Source: Salisapilia sapeloensis CBS 127946
Lineage: Eukaryota; Protista; Oomycota
Assembly (NCBI GenBank): GCA_023334545.1
Contig: JAADVB010000021.1
Coordinates: forward strand, 1-64,000
Direction of reading: 5' to 3'
DNA: 64,000 nt
A program made the translations under genes and the position numbers. A model generated the notes under the pieces. The model was not told where the DNA came from, did no database searches, and worked only from the letters and a program-made list of their open reading frames with translations. Positions 32,225-46,582 of the stretch are shown piece after piece. Every line of letters begins with the position of its first letter. The stretch's first letter is position 1.

Positions 32225-33887
32225 TCACCATCGTTCGAGTCGTCGTACGCTCCAGCAGACTCTGGAAAGTGCTTCCTCGTGTGTGCGTGAAGGTAGTCCT
32301 TGCCCGACATCTACATGCATGTCAATAGCCTGCTTGATAGAGCCTTTCATAGTGGAGGTACCTCTAGGAGGCGAGACACGGTGCGGTCAAAGGCAAAGGC
32401 CTCGTCGACATTGGCCTTGGCGTTCGGGTCTACCTGGTAGAGCTGCTCCGGAGAGGCAGCCGCCAAGCAGTGCAGCTACACGCAATGTCTCTCAGTCATG
32501 TTTAAAGCACGCAGATAGGAAGATACAAGCACATACCCGTACGCCCTTGTCGTACATGCAGTCGACGAACGTGATGAATCGACGCATCTGGTTGAGCTTG
32601 TCCATGTTGAGCATGGGAACATCTCGCACGAAGACGACTGGGAACTCCTCAGCGATCGCCAAGTAGTCCGATGCACCTAACGGACGACTGCAGAGCTCGT
32701 CGAACGTAAAGTAGCAGACGCCAGCGTCCTTTGCTCCTCGAGGCACGTCGACCTTTCGACCTTGTGTGGTCACTGACGTGGCTTCCACCGTGCATCCCTA
32801 TCACCAAACATGTCAAAGGCGTACTCATGCAGTAGGAGAATCATTTAGACGTACGTGAGAGTACTTTTGAAACTCGTAATCAAAGATAGCACGATTATCG
32901 TCCGAGAGAGGGAAGTTGTATACGTTATGAGCATGGTTCGATCCCTGCATTTCCAAGTCGTATAAGGATAAAACAGCGATAGTAGAGTACACATAGACGT
33001 ACCTTGAGAACGCGGTAGTCTGTCGTCGAGTCTTCTAATGACAGCACGTGACACTTTTCGTACAGCATATCGATGAACGGCACGAACAATTCTCTCTGCA
33101 AGCCTCCTTTGTACAAATCCTGTTCAGCGTCATACGTCAGTCCCATAGACATATACTAAACAGCAACTGTCGCTTACAGAAGGTTGTCGGTTGGAAGTGG
33201 CGACCATGACAAAGCCTCGTTCTAGCAGCGCTGAGAATAGACGGCGGAGGATGAGAGCGTCGGCCACATCCGTCACCTGGAACTCGTCAAAGCAAAGCAG
33301 CCAGCTCGACTCCAGCAAGTCGTCAGCGATATACGGAATCGGATCCTCTCGACGTCCTTCATTACGCAGTTCGTGCATGCGTTTATGAATATCCAGCATA
33401 AAGCTGTGGAAATGGACACGAAGCTTCTTTTCCACCGGCACTGCATCGAAAAACAAGTCCATGACAAACGTCTATTATACATGTTTAGAGCACTCGTTAT
33501 GACTACGATTTAATGGACAAGTACCTTGCCACAGCCGACACCGCCGTAGAGGTATAAGCCCTTGGGTACATTCTCCGCTGGCTCTTCAGAAGCAGACTTG
33601 GACGATGAAGACCCGGTCAGTCGGTCCCACCAGGACGTTGCACCAGTGCTCTGACTTGAATTAGCAGCTGCAGGTCCGCCGTACGCCTGAATCTCATTGC
33701 ACAGCGTGTCCAAATGACGCACAGTGCGCACTTGGACGGGGTCAAACGTCACACTACCAGCTTGTACGAGCGACGTGTACTTGTCATGCACCAAGGAGTC
33801 TGTCGAGAAACTGCATACTGATTTTCGCGCAATGCAGCTGCGAGGTACAGTCGCTAGACGTCGGTAAGACGAGCGCATACTGTGCAT
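32225..33887 (-). CDS. AFG1: AFG1/LACE1/ZapE-family ATPase (multi-exon)
   Basis: [68 protein letters not shown]. Confidence 0.95.
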
Positions 33888-34205
33888 TCTTGTCGATTCT
33901 CGTTTAGCCTCATGTACAATCGTACATCAATCTTCAAGAGTAGGATAAGAGCTCAAGGACGCATTCGCTCCATTCGCAAGGTGATGGGAATGCATGACAC
34001 CTGGAAATCATTCCACACACACTCATCCGTCTCCATCCAGCTGATAACCAACGACAAGAGCAGTCATCTCATGCTGATCCCGTCCGTCATGGCATTCTGT
34101 GACACTGCATACAAAGACATCGTTTCGCAACCGCCAGTTTTCCGATCTGATTAGCATGCGTATCCTCACTTTAGGATCTGCTTCAGGAGGCTCAGAGCAG
34201 ACACG

Positions 34206-35830
34206 ATGCCGACGACAGAGCAGTCTCCCCTCGTTCCGGAGCACAGTCAAGTCAATGACAAGAACTCGACCAAGAAACGCGTGATTATCGGTGCGACGGT
34301 CGTTGTCAGTGTCTTGGCGATCTTCGCCCTAGGTTACTGGTTGTTCGCACCAGCCACGCCAGATGAGGTTATTCCGCCCACGCCACAGCAATCCTTCTTC
34401 TGTGGCGTCGAGAATCACGAACCAGGCCACATCAAGCTGGCCAACAAGGAAGATGATCACTACTTTTACTGGTTCGTCCAGTCTGAGAATGAACCGGAGA
34501 AGGATCCACTCGTCTTGTGGCTTACAGGTACGATCTGCATCCGTAGCTGCTAGAATTCATACAAACGATAAGTGTATTTCGTCTTGTAGGCGGTCCTGGT
34601 GCGTCATCTATGATTGCTCTCTTCCAAGAGAATGGTCCGTGCATGGTCATGGAGGACGGTGTGCCTACCTATAACCCGTACGCATGGAGTCAGGCTGCCA
34701 ACTACATTTGGTTGGACCAGCCCACTGGCGTCGGCTTCAGCTACTCTGGCAATATCAGTGCCGACCGTGACTATAACGAGAAAGACGTTGGCGAGAATGC
34801 TTGGAACTTTATGCAAGGCTTTCTACAAAAGCATCCAGAGTTCGAGGGACGAGAGTTCTTCGTCACGGGCGAATCCTATGGTACGTCACCCCTTACTCTA
34901 GACAACCATTTTACGTGCTCAAGAAGACTCATATACCTTTGTAATTAACTAGGTGGCCACTATGTTCCGGCCGTTGCGCACTACATTTGGAAGATGAACC
35001 AGAATCCTCCTGCGAACGCCAGCGTGATCAATCTGCAGGGCCTTGCCATCGGCAATGGACTCACGAACCCTGTCGTCCAGTACGCCCACAACGTCGACAT
35101 GGCGTACAACTCGTACAACATCACATTATTATATGAAGACGAGATTGAGCAGATGAAGGCTGACGCGCCTGTCTGCATCGACATGACCAAACAATGCCAG
35201 GAAGGGCCAAAGACTGGAAGCATCTGCGAAGATGCTGCTGGCTGTTGGGAAGAAAAGCTCATCGCTCCGTTCCTCCAGCACAAACTCGTGAACAACTACG
35301 ACATCCGCATCGAATGCGAGCGACACTCGGCAAATGACACCTGTGCGTACAACACCACTGGACTGCATGACTACCTCGACTCGTCCTTTGTCCGTGAGCA
35401 GATGGACGTCAACTACGACCAAGTACCTGCGTGGGTCGAGACGAATATAAAAGTGAACCAGCGCTTTATCATCGATGGCGACTGGTCCAAGGCTATGCAT
35501 CCGCTCGTGGCAGACATGCTCAACGACGACATCCGTGTCCTCATCTACGCCGGTGATGCCGACCTCATGTGCAACTGGCAGGGCAACTACGCCTGGACCA
35601 AGGCGCTCGATTGGAAGGAGAAGGAGGGATACAACGCTGCTTCGGAGCGTCCGTTCATGACGACAGACCCACTACAGCCAGACGCGAGTGCGACTGAATC
35701 CGGCATGGTGCATGCGTACGACAACTTTGCCTTCATTCGTATCTTTAACGCCGGTCACATGGTGCCAATGGATGTCCCAGCGGCATCGCTCGACATGGTC
35801 AAACGCTTCTTCCAGGGCGAGGCACTATAA
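34206..35830 (+). CDS. Serine carboxypeptidase, peptidase S10 (3 exons), type II membrane anchored
   Basis: [28 protein letters not shown] (Ser), [13 protein letters not shown] (Asp), AGHMVP (His). Confidence 0.95.
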
Positions 35831-36154
35831 GTAGCTATCCAAGCAACATGAGAGTGTCTCTGATGATGAAAAGAAGAGGTAGGAGGGAAATATAACACGA
35901 TTTGAACCTGCCTAGTGCCGAGCTATCACTTGTAGCAAGAGGCAACGAACCACTTAGTATAGAAGGACACAAGATGTGCGAAACGAGTGCAGCTTGTTTT
36001 TCACCATGAAAAAAGCATGGCATTCGTTACTTGTTTTTGTTCCAGACGCGCCTCGAGTGGTGTTCGTCCATAGGTCAAGCAGCTGAGGGTAGTGGAGACT
36101 AGAAGTAGAGCCTGTTGCGACGAATCCACTCGATAGACGTCCGTTCCTACTGGA

Positions 36155-37217
36155 TCACCGCTGTATCTGATGCAGATTTCTAACTAATACGCATACTATA
36201 GACAACCACGTAGTTAGTTTACACTGGTACAATAAGATGGACGTGTCTATCGATTGAGCACGCACCACTTCGTAACATCCCGACGCATTCTTTGATCGCC
36301 ACCAAGTTCTTTCCCACGAGAGAACCTTTTCTATACAAAACCACCAGCGTCTGATCATCTTCTACTCGGTGCACATGTATGCACGTGTTCCTGCCGCTGT
36401 GCACTGTCATCGAAGACACTCCATCTGCCGTGTACGACACTATCATCACCATCAGAACCGGACGTCATTCTTCTCTAGTAAAGCAGACGTACTCATTTCG
36501 ATGGATGCGTACAAAAAGTCTTGGAGATTGGCCAAGACACCGATCTGGTCTACGTCTTTGGTCGAGTACGAGATCACTCCGTCCGCCACCAAGATCGCCA
36601 TCGAGATCCCGCGTTGCTGATGTACTAGACTCACAACATTATGAGCCATCTATCTCGTGCATACACAAACTCTTATATCGTCCTACATGTACGGAGGATG
36701 GGTCGAACGCAGTCGCTGATGACAGGCAAGAGGCGGTTGTTGAAACTATCAAACGTCCGCATGTTGTGCCCAATGTTGCTGATGTCTTCGCCGTGCTCCA
36801 CGACAAACGTGCCCAGCACCTCTCTTGCCAGCAGCTTGCTAAACTTGATCCCGTCATGCGGGTCGTGGAAGATCGCACAAAAGACGTTGTTCGCGTCGTT
36901 CGTGGCAACAGTCACGGCCACTAGATGCGTTTCACCCCATGAGTCTCCTGTCTAGATAAAAAATACACATTAAAGATACGTACCGTGCCTAAACTCCATG
37001 TAGCATACTGGCGCACCAGCAGATTTCGTCGAGAACTCTAGCAAGGCCGTGAGAAGTGAGCCGACGAGCCGTGGCTGGATTCGATTTCAAAGTAGTCATT
37101 ATCATCTGTTCAAACGCATGACATTGCACAAACAAGTACCTGTGCGACGCTGTGTGCGTACTCTTTCGAGAATAGCACCAGTCCGCTCGAGGACATGATG
37201 AGCACGTTGCGCAGCAT
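36155..37217 (-). CDS. Conserved-looking protein with a longin-like N-terminal domain (multi-exon)
   Basis: Spliced start MLRNVLIMSSSGLVLFSKEYAHSVAQPRLVGSLLTALLEFS...VFCAIFHD has the beta-beta-alpha-beta pattern of a longin. Second domain: QQRGISMAILVADG...GVLANLQ. GT-AG introns keep the frame. Confidence 0.7.
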
Positions 37218-37824
37218 GCCGTCTAGCTGCTGTCAATCCCTGCGCTCGCTCCCGAGTTTGCAAAAATTTAGTCTGTCGAACTCACTGGTATACAACAGGT
37301 ACTATATAGGTACATGCCTTTAAGTCCCTCTTGACAGGCATGTGGAGCGCCAAGTGGCTCGTTTACGACAACCAGCGTCTATCTTGCGACGTTCGCATCG
37401 ACTTGCGTCCGATTGAGAGGATATGAAAGCGTGCTTGATGCCAAGTTACCGATATTGATTTGGTTCGAAGTTTTATTGTTTTCATGCATGGATCTCCTAC
37501 GATTAGCTTTTAGGATGAATATTCGACTCCAAGGCCGAAGCACTTCGATATGGTCCTTCAGAATCATAGACAAATCAAATAATCGATAGTGCAACCATAT
37601 GCGTTGCCCGAGAATTATTTGCTTAATCGATCATCACTTGCTAGCCCGTAAGCAACTATAGTGGGCTAAACACACAACGACTTTTGTTGTGATAGTACAA
37701 TCATTCTAAGGTGTACCTATTCTGACTTGAACTTCTATCCGACTTCACACCCACACGTCAACTGCTTCCGACGACCCACGACTAGCAACAACGACGAACT
37801 GCACTCAAGTAGACACTCATTTAA

Positions 37825-39412
<1,588 letters not shown>

Positions 39413-39487
39413 ACGTAGCGATCATTTCAGTCCATAAGTAAAACCAATATATCCGACCGACATCACGAGAAGATTTTCGATACGAGT

Positions 39488-41948
39488 ATGGGCGACTCTC
39501 CTCGACATGACTCGACGCCTATGCTGCCGCAATCGGCGTTATCGCTCGCAGCGGCAGCAGCAAAACCTTTTCTGAACTCGAATGACACGAATGAGGCGTC
39601 CACGAGCAGCAACGGTTTCCAAGCACCGCTGCCGCTGTCACCGACGCTGCTGCGAAACCTAGGCGATCGCAGCTACGACCGACGTAAGAGTGCTGCGATG
39701 GAGCTGGAGAACTTGATTAAGCAGCTACAGGAGAATGCAGCAGCCGTGGAGGCGCAGCAGCAGCAGACGCCGAGAGATGCGAATGGGCATGCGATGAACG
39801 TGAGTCGACAGCGCATTCCAGCGATCATCGAGCTCCTCGGGAACGACTTTGCTTGCTCCTCGAACGCCAACCATCGCAAAGGAGGGCTCATCGGCCTCGC
39901 AGCGACGGCCATCGGTCTCATGCACGACGCACACATGTACCTCGACAAGCTCCTACCGCCAGTGCTCCATTGCTTTGACGATCCGGAGAGCCGAGTGCGC
40001 TACTATGCGTGCGAGTCGCTGTACAACATCGCCAAAGTAGCTCGAGGCCACATCTTGCTCTACTTTAACCAGATCTTTGATGGCTTATGCAAAGTACTCT
40101 CCTACGTCCCACTCCTCGATCTAATATCTAACTCTACGACGCTGATAGCTCTTTGCCGACGTTGATGTCGACGTCAAGAACGGTGCGAATCTACTAGATC
40201 GACTAGTCAAGGACATTGTGACCGAAAGCGAGTACTTTGACGTGGACATGTTCATCCCTCTTCTCCACAAGTACATTCGCATGACAAACCCCTACATTCG
40301 GCAGCTACTCGTTCGTCCATCTCCTTCCATCTCCATAAACCTTCTACTCACATTACATTACAAAACTTAGGTCGGGTGGATCACAGTCCTCGACAGTGTA
40401 CCGGACATCGACATGCTCGAATGGCTGCCAGAGTTCCTCGACGGTCTTTTCAACATGCTCAGCGACGGCAATCGAGAGATCCGACAGGCAGCTGACAGTG
40501 CGCTTGCCGAGTTCCTACGCGAAATCAAGCAGACGGATCACGTCGACTTTGGCCGCATGGTCCACATCCTCGTCGGTCAGTGCAACTCCAAGGAGCGTTT
40601 CAATCGACTCACAGCCGTCTCGTGGGTCCACGAGTTCGTCAACTTGGGACGAGAGCGACTCGTCGATTTCTACGCAGAGCTCCTGGCGGCAGTCATGCAC
40701 TGCATCTCGGACGCCGAGCACGAGATCCGGCAAGTCGCGGAGAGAGCGAACGACGACCTTTTGTCGCTCGTGCGTTCCACCGAAGAGAACGTCGCGCTGC
40801 AGCCGATCATGCTCAAGCTATCGAATGAGCTCGTGAGTGACCACGTGCCGACACGCATGGCAGCGCTACGATGGATCGCCATGCTCCTAGAAAAGTGTCC
40901 GCACGACCTCTTAAGCGACATTGGCTCTCTCCTCCCGATCCTCCTGAAAGCACTCTCCGACGTCTCCGACGCAGTCGTACTCCTCGACCTAGAGGTCCTT
41001 GCACGTATCTCCCTTAGTAAAGTAGAGTTTGAAAACGTGCTGAACGAGATCCTACGACTCTTCTCGCAAGACCGGAGGCTGTTGGAAACGAGGGGCAGTC
41101 TCATCATCCGCAAACTCTGCGTCTTGCTCGACGCCAAGAGCATCTACTTGATCTTTGCCAAGGTACTCGCGAGCGACGGAGACGAAGGTGAAGAGTATCC
41201 TCTCGACGCCGAGTTCGCCTCCGTCATGGTCCAGACGCTCAACTTGATCCTCTTGACCGCCAACGAACTGGACGACCTACGCGACGTCCTTCGTCGGAGC
41301 TTTGACAAAGACGCGAGTGAAGAAGACGTTCAAGTATTCACGGTACCTTTCTCCTACCTTCCTATCTAGCTATCAGCTGATAAACGTTCTGTAGACGCTT
41401 TTCAAGTCATGGTGCCACAGTCCCATCGCAGCCTTTAGTCTCTGTCTCTTGGCACAGTCCTACGCTCTATCGGCGCAACTAGTGCCCAAGTTTGCCGATA
41501 TTGACGCCTCCGTCGGGTTCCTTATGCAGATCGATAAACTCGTGCAGCTCCTTGAGTCCCCCGTCTTCATCCACATGCGGCTGCAGCTCTTGGAGACGCA
41601 GGCACCGTACCACGCCGACCTCGTCAAGAGCTTATACGGACTGCTTATGCTGCTTCCTCAAAGCGCTGCGTTCCGGATCCTACGCGACCGCCTCGCGAGC
41701 GTCACGAACATGGCCACCGCCATCGGTCGAATGGACTTGAACGACAAGTCGGACGCGGATGCCGACATGCCTTCGCATAGCGTCGACACTGCGACGCTCT
41801 TGGCTCGCTTCGACGCCATCCAAGAGAAGCACGCGCAGAACAGGAAGCAAGGTACGTTACCTCCCACACTAGTACACTCGAAACTCTCCTAACGACCCAT
41901 GTAGCTCTCCATGACAAGTCGTTGCTACGGGAAGAAGCATCAGGCTAA
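39488..41948 (+). CDS. VAC14: VAC14 scaffold of the PIKfyve/Fig4 complex (HEAT repeats, multi-exon)
   Basis: LGDRSYDRRKSAAMELE, NHRKGGLIGLAA, RVRYYACESLYNIAKV, DVKNGANLLDRLVKDIV, LLETRGSLIIRKLC, QIDKLVQLLESPVF, LYGLLMLLPQS. Confidence 0.96.
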
Positions 41949-42030
41949 TGTCGATGCTGGTAGTTGTCAGAATCCGAAACAAGAACACATCATCTAATAA
42001 GCAGGCATGTTGCATTTGTCCTCTCTCGCG

Positions 42031-43657
42031 TTACTTTTTCATCGGTCGCCAAAGCGCCAATCGACCAGAAGAGTTACCACCTACGAGCAGATCGAGTGTC
42101 GGGTGGAAGACGTTCACCGAGTGCACTGACTTGAACAGCTCTGACGTGAGTTCCTGAATCGGTTTCTTCCGTGTCGCTTGGAAGATCTGTATCCTTCGAG
42201 GCTGCTGCATCGATCCAATCACAAACTCCTTATGTCGTCGAGGATGCCACGACGCGTGGATCTTGGTTAGCCATTGCCCTGTCTTGTTGTTATGCGGAAT
42301 CGATAGCGAAGGAGATACATCCTCTTTCCCTTTCTTGACTGGTGCATGCGTGTCGTACACGTACACATGATCATCCTGACACACCGTCACCAAGTGATCT
42401 CCATTCGGACTAAAGTAGGCACAATTCACACTGCGGTAATGCGGTAACGTCGCCAGTGGCGTGTTCTTTTCCTTCCTAAGCTTCCGACTGTCCCATAGCT
42501 GGACCGTCCGATCGAGCGACGCAGTGGCCCAGCAGTGCGTAAGCGTCGGGTGCTGGTGGATCGTATTGATCTTCTTGTCGTGAAGCAAGTACGTTGCGAC
42601 GTTCTTACTACTGTCTCGACGATCGACTGCAAAAGCATGACCGTCGTGGCCGCTCATGACGTAGCGTTGCTTGTCGACATCTGCTGCCAAGTACGAGATG
42701 CCTTCTTCCTCTGGCGCCTCAAAGACCTGGTTGAACTCACCAGCGTTCAAATCAAACTCTCTTGCGGTTCCATCAAAGCTGCACGAAACGAGCTTCGTCG
42801 AGTCTTGATCGTTAAAATACAGACGAGTAAGGGGCAGCGTGTGCGGTCGGTACATGGCCACAACGTTGTCATCATCCGCTGCTGCATCTGCATTCCAGAG
42901 CGACAGTCGTCCTCCTTTATCTCCACACGCCACGACCGTCTTACTCGTCGTCGGATGGAACGCGACGGAGTACACACGCTCCTGCGTCGCTCGTACAATG
43001 TCTTCTTCATCTAGATCATAGTCCACCAGCTCCATACCAGAGCTATCGACTCCCAAGTCGGCCTCTTGCTCCCGTACGCTCTTGATACCATCCGTGATAC
43101 TCGCAAGCAGTCCCTGTCCGTCTCCACTCGTCAGTCGGACGTCCTCTGCTTTGACATGCGGACCGAGCTTTAGTTCCTGCGCTTCTTCCTCCGACTTAGC
43201 TGCCACCAGTTTGCTGTCGTGGCTCATGACCATCTGAGCTCCATCCGCTTTCTCTCCTTGCAGTCGCTTCGATCGGCGCTGAGGTGCAACAGGAGCGTCC
43301 TCTTGCTTGCGCTTTAACGAAAGACTCTTGCTCGCTTTCAATGGCTTCGATGGCTTGTCACTAATAGCCGTTCGAGCCGCAATCTTCGCCTGTGGTGCAT
43401 TGCAGATGAGAATGTAGCCCACTAGCATTTATGATAGGTATTGAAAGTACCGTCGAGACGCCAAGTGACCGCATGAGCTCCAAATTCCGTTGGATGTTTT
43501 CTCGTCGCTTGCGCTCATACTCGGTCATCTCACTCTCTTCTTCCACTTCTTCATCGTCTACACTTTCAGGTTCCTCTTCCTTCACCGTATCCTCTTTCTT
43601 AATTTCTGCCTCCTCCGCCTCCTGTGCAGCTTGACGTCGTGACCGAGTCGTCGGCAT
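42031..43657 (-). CDS. WDR76: WD repeat protein 76 / Cmr1
   Basis: MTEYERKRRENIQRNLELMRSLG; RRSKRL; ERVYSVAFHP; GDKGGRL; LHDKKIN; TASLDRTVQLWD; HNNKTGQWLT; ends GGNSSGRLALW. Confidence 0.9.
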
Positions 43658-43717
43658 ACTTCCTCCACTACCACGAGTCTCGTACAACAAAATAAAAAGA
43701 AAAGAAACTTTTATTTC

Positions 43718-44899
43718 TTAAAAGGCATGGTACTCCTGCACGAACGCCTCGACCTGCTTCTCTAGCGCCTTCCGGAACGGAGAAGACGATGAGTTCAATG
43801 CAGCATGAAGCATCTTACCACCTTCGGAGTTGTACCTTGACGGAACCACCGCCTCGACATCTGCATCCCCATCCGCGTCCGAGCTCAGATCCAAGAACTT
43901 GAGCTTCCCATCCACGCGCTCTCCATCTTTCTCCAAATAACAGTCCAAAGTAAAGGCAAAGCCATAAATGTACCTCTTGGCACCTCTAACGACGGCAATG
44001 GACGCTTCGCCACTCAAGTCCGACACGCTACCAGCAGTCACGACGCCATCTCCAGACACGGTCGGAGCCGAGATGCCAGTGAAACACGTTTCGAGCTTGT
44101 TCTTGGCCCATTTGCTCATATCTTTTTCTTCGAATGTGTTGCCTTGATTCCACGCTGATCCGCCCTGCACGTTCTTAATCTTCACGTGAGACTCATCCTC
44201 CACACGCTTTGGCGCGATGTCGCCGATCAGCTCCTTCGCTTCGTCCGTCAGTTCATTGTTAAAGTAGGTCGTGACACGGCCGTCTGCTAGTTTCTTATAT
44301 CCTCTATAGTTCCCAACTTCCGCTTCCTCCTGCTCTGTCTCCGCTTCCTTCTTCTCTGGAGCCTTGGGCTTGGCAGGAGCCTTGGCCGTCGTCACCGTCT
44401 TTTTCGCCGGCACTGGAGTGGGAGTAGGAGTGGCAGCGGGAGCCGCCACCGCCAGCTCCTGCGTCTGCTGCAACAACGTCTTGACGGACTTGTTCTCTGG
44501 CTCCATCTCACTCGCCTTTTCTAGCGCTTTCACGGCCTCTCGGTGTCGCTTTAGCTTATTAAGCGCCTGTGCTCGACGAAAGTATCCTTTGGCAAAGTCT
44601 GGCTTGACCTCGATGCACTGGTCGGCATCCTCTAGTGCCTGTTCTCCTTTGCTCATAGCGCAGCGAGCGGCAGATCGGTTGGATAGGAAAACGTGGTAGT
44701 TTTCATTCGACGTATCGCTGACCTCGATCGCCTTCGAGTACAGGACTTCGGCCTCATCCAATGCTTTCTGCTTAAACGCCGCATTTCCACGACGTTTGAG
44801 CTCATCCACTAGACGCTGGACGCCGGCAGCATCATCTGGCGTCGGTGCGTTTAACACGTCCGAGTGCTTGGTAAACGGCAGGTTATCGTTGCTGAACAT
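43718..44899 (-). CDS. Hsp90 co-chaperone: TPR domain fused to an Aha1 N-terminal domain
   Basis: Three TPR motifs (LKRRGNAAFK, FLSNRSAA, AKGYFRRAQA); Pro/Lys linker; SAWNQGNTFEEKDMSKWAK and GEASIAVVRGAKRYIY (Aha1_N-like). Confidence 0.85.
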   Translation of the reverse strand: MFSNDNLPFTKHSDVLNAPTPDDAAGVQRLVDELKRRGNAAFKQKALDEAEVLYSKAIEVSDTSNENYHVFLSNRSAARCAMSKGEQALEDADQCIEVKPDFAKGYFRRAQALNKLKRHREAVKALEKASEMEPENKSVKTLLQQTQELAVAAPAATPTPTPVPAKKTVTTAKAPAKPKAPEKKEAETEQEEAEVGNYRGYKKLADGRVTTYFNNELTDEAKELIGDIAPKRVEDESHVKIKNVQGGSAWNQGNTFEEKDMSKWAKNKLETCFTGISAPTVSGDGVVTAGSVSDLSGEASIAVVRGAKRYIYGFAFTLDCYLEKDGERVDGKLKFLDLSSDADGDADVEAVVPSRYNSEGGKMLHAALNSSSSPFRKALEKQVEAFVQEYHAF

Positions 44900-46209
44900 T
44901 TCGACTATGGCTTTGGAAGGGATCGAAGCTCGCGGCCTTCTAGAAATTCTATAGTACACATATGGCTTCGTCTCAGATATGGAGATCATTATACTTTCGC
45001 TTTGTAAAGCAACGGTATGCCATGGACAGGTCTCGTTTGTCGAGTAGATATGAAGTTTTGATCAAGGTGGTAGGATATACGTTCCTTGGTTTGTGTGTTG
45101 AATCAAGCGAATCTATTGATTTTCAGGCGAATGCGCAGAATTACAGGTGTATACTTTTGCTTGCAAATAAAGGATTTAATCAAGACTTTTATCTGTCGAT
45201 AACATTTTGCGCTTTGTTCTCAGCATGTGCATGTGCGTCGATGTTAAAGCGCTATTGACAACTGGTCGAGAATGGCTTTGCTCCTGAGTCTAGGATCGTA
45301 TTTTTAACCCGCGATCGCCGCAAAACTCACAGAGAAAGTAGTTGAGAGCGCCTTGCGTCTGACACCAAGCTTGGTAGCAGTCAAATAACAAGAAACAATT
45401 GCTAATTATTCATTGACCGCATCGAGTCAATCAATGTGTACTTGTATTTTCAAGCCCTGCCGAGGTTCGTTTAGAAGACTACAAATTGCCTTCCGAAGAT
45501 TATCGTGTGTTGGATTAGTTTGCTTACCTTTCAGCGGACGGTCACCTGAGCTGAATTGTGGAAGTATGTTTAGAGTAAGATGGTGTTGGATATGAATGTG
45601 AAGATCAAGTGGGTATCTGCAGCGCTGTGTTGCCATCTATATATGACTCGGACGTGTTATCTGATGCATGCATTTGCATCGTTCTCGTCTGTCGAATCGA
45701 TAACAACAATATAGTGGACGGAATCAGGAGTGCCTCCGTTAGACGCACTTGGTCTGACACAATCTACTTTTTCGATAGTCCTGGCGGACATGGAAAGATG
45801 GCATTTCCGATACAAAAGATCAATCCAGGTTTCCATTCGGAAAAGATTGGTAAGCACCAATCTATCTGAAACGTACAAGCTTTGTCTTAATGCTCTAGCT
45901 GGGTTATGCCAGTATCTGACAAATGATATTGTGCGGCATAGTGGTCGACTAAAGAATCCATTATTCGTATCCAGAGTTCATCGATGCAACAATAGAACCA
46001 TAGTAGTAAGTATATGCCTTATAACAGTGCATATGGGCGTGCACGAGTGTCTTAACTACCTTCATGCATTCATATGATTGGGATCTAAGAGCTTGTGCAA
46101 TTGTATGACTAGAACGCAGGAATAAACGGATCAAAATGCCATGAATTTATTTAGCAACATCCTGTCTCTTTCTTTCTTCAATAGCTATACAACTTTCACG
46201 TTCTCGCGT

Positions 46210-46533
46210 TTATCTGCGGATATCCTTGTTCTCTTCCTTCTCAAACATCTTGTCGAATTGGCGAGACTGGTTGATCGGATTCTTTTGCAGATTCGCCATG
46301 CGGAAGCGGAATTGACGCCAGGCGGCGCCACGATCATCTTCGTGGTGCAGCTCCGACGTACGACTTTCCTTGTTGAAGTAAACGTCCGGGTTCGCGTAGA
46401 GGTAGCGCATGGATACTGCCGATGCGGCAACTGCAGCGAAGGAAGCGATGAGGACCACCGGGAAGGTGCCCGTGTCCGTCATCCACAGCTTGAAGACGTT
46501 CAATCCTGAGCGCTTGGCGTGGTTAGCTACCAT
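46210..46533 (-). CDS. B12D / NDUFA4-family small mitochondrial membrane protein
   Basis: TGTFPVVLIASFAAVAASAVSMRYLYANPDVYFNKESR (TM plus NPDV motif). Confidence 0.85.
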   Translation of the reverse strand: MVANHAKRSGLNVFKLWMTDTGTFPVVLIASFAAVAASAVSMRYLYANPDVYFNKESRTSELHHEDDRGAAWRQFRFRMANLQKNPINQSRQFDKMFEKEENKDIRR

Positions 46534-46566
46534 TGTTTCTTGTCTTGGTGGTGGTGGTGGTTCCAG

Positions 46567-46582
46567 GGAAATTGGGAAGTGA
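46567..46582 (-). promoter_or_regulatory. Oomycete INR-FPR core promoter of the B12D/NDUFA4 gene
   Basis: TCACTTCCCAATTTCC, a near-perfect INR plus FPR match, 33 nt upstream of ATG 46533. Confidence 0.7.
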
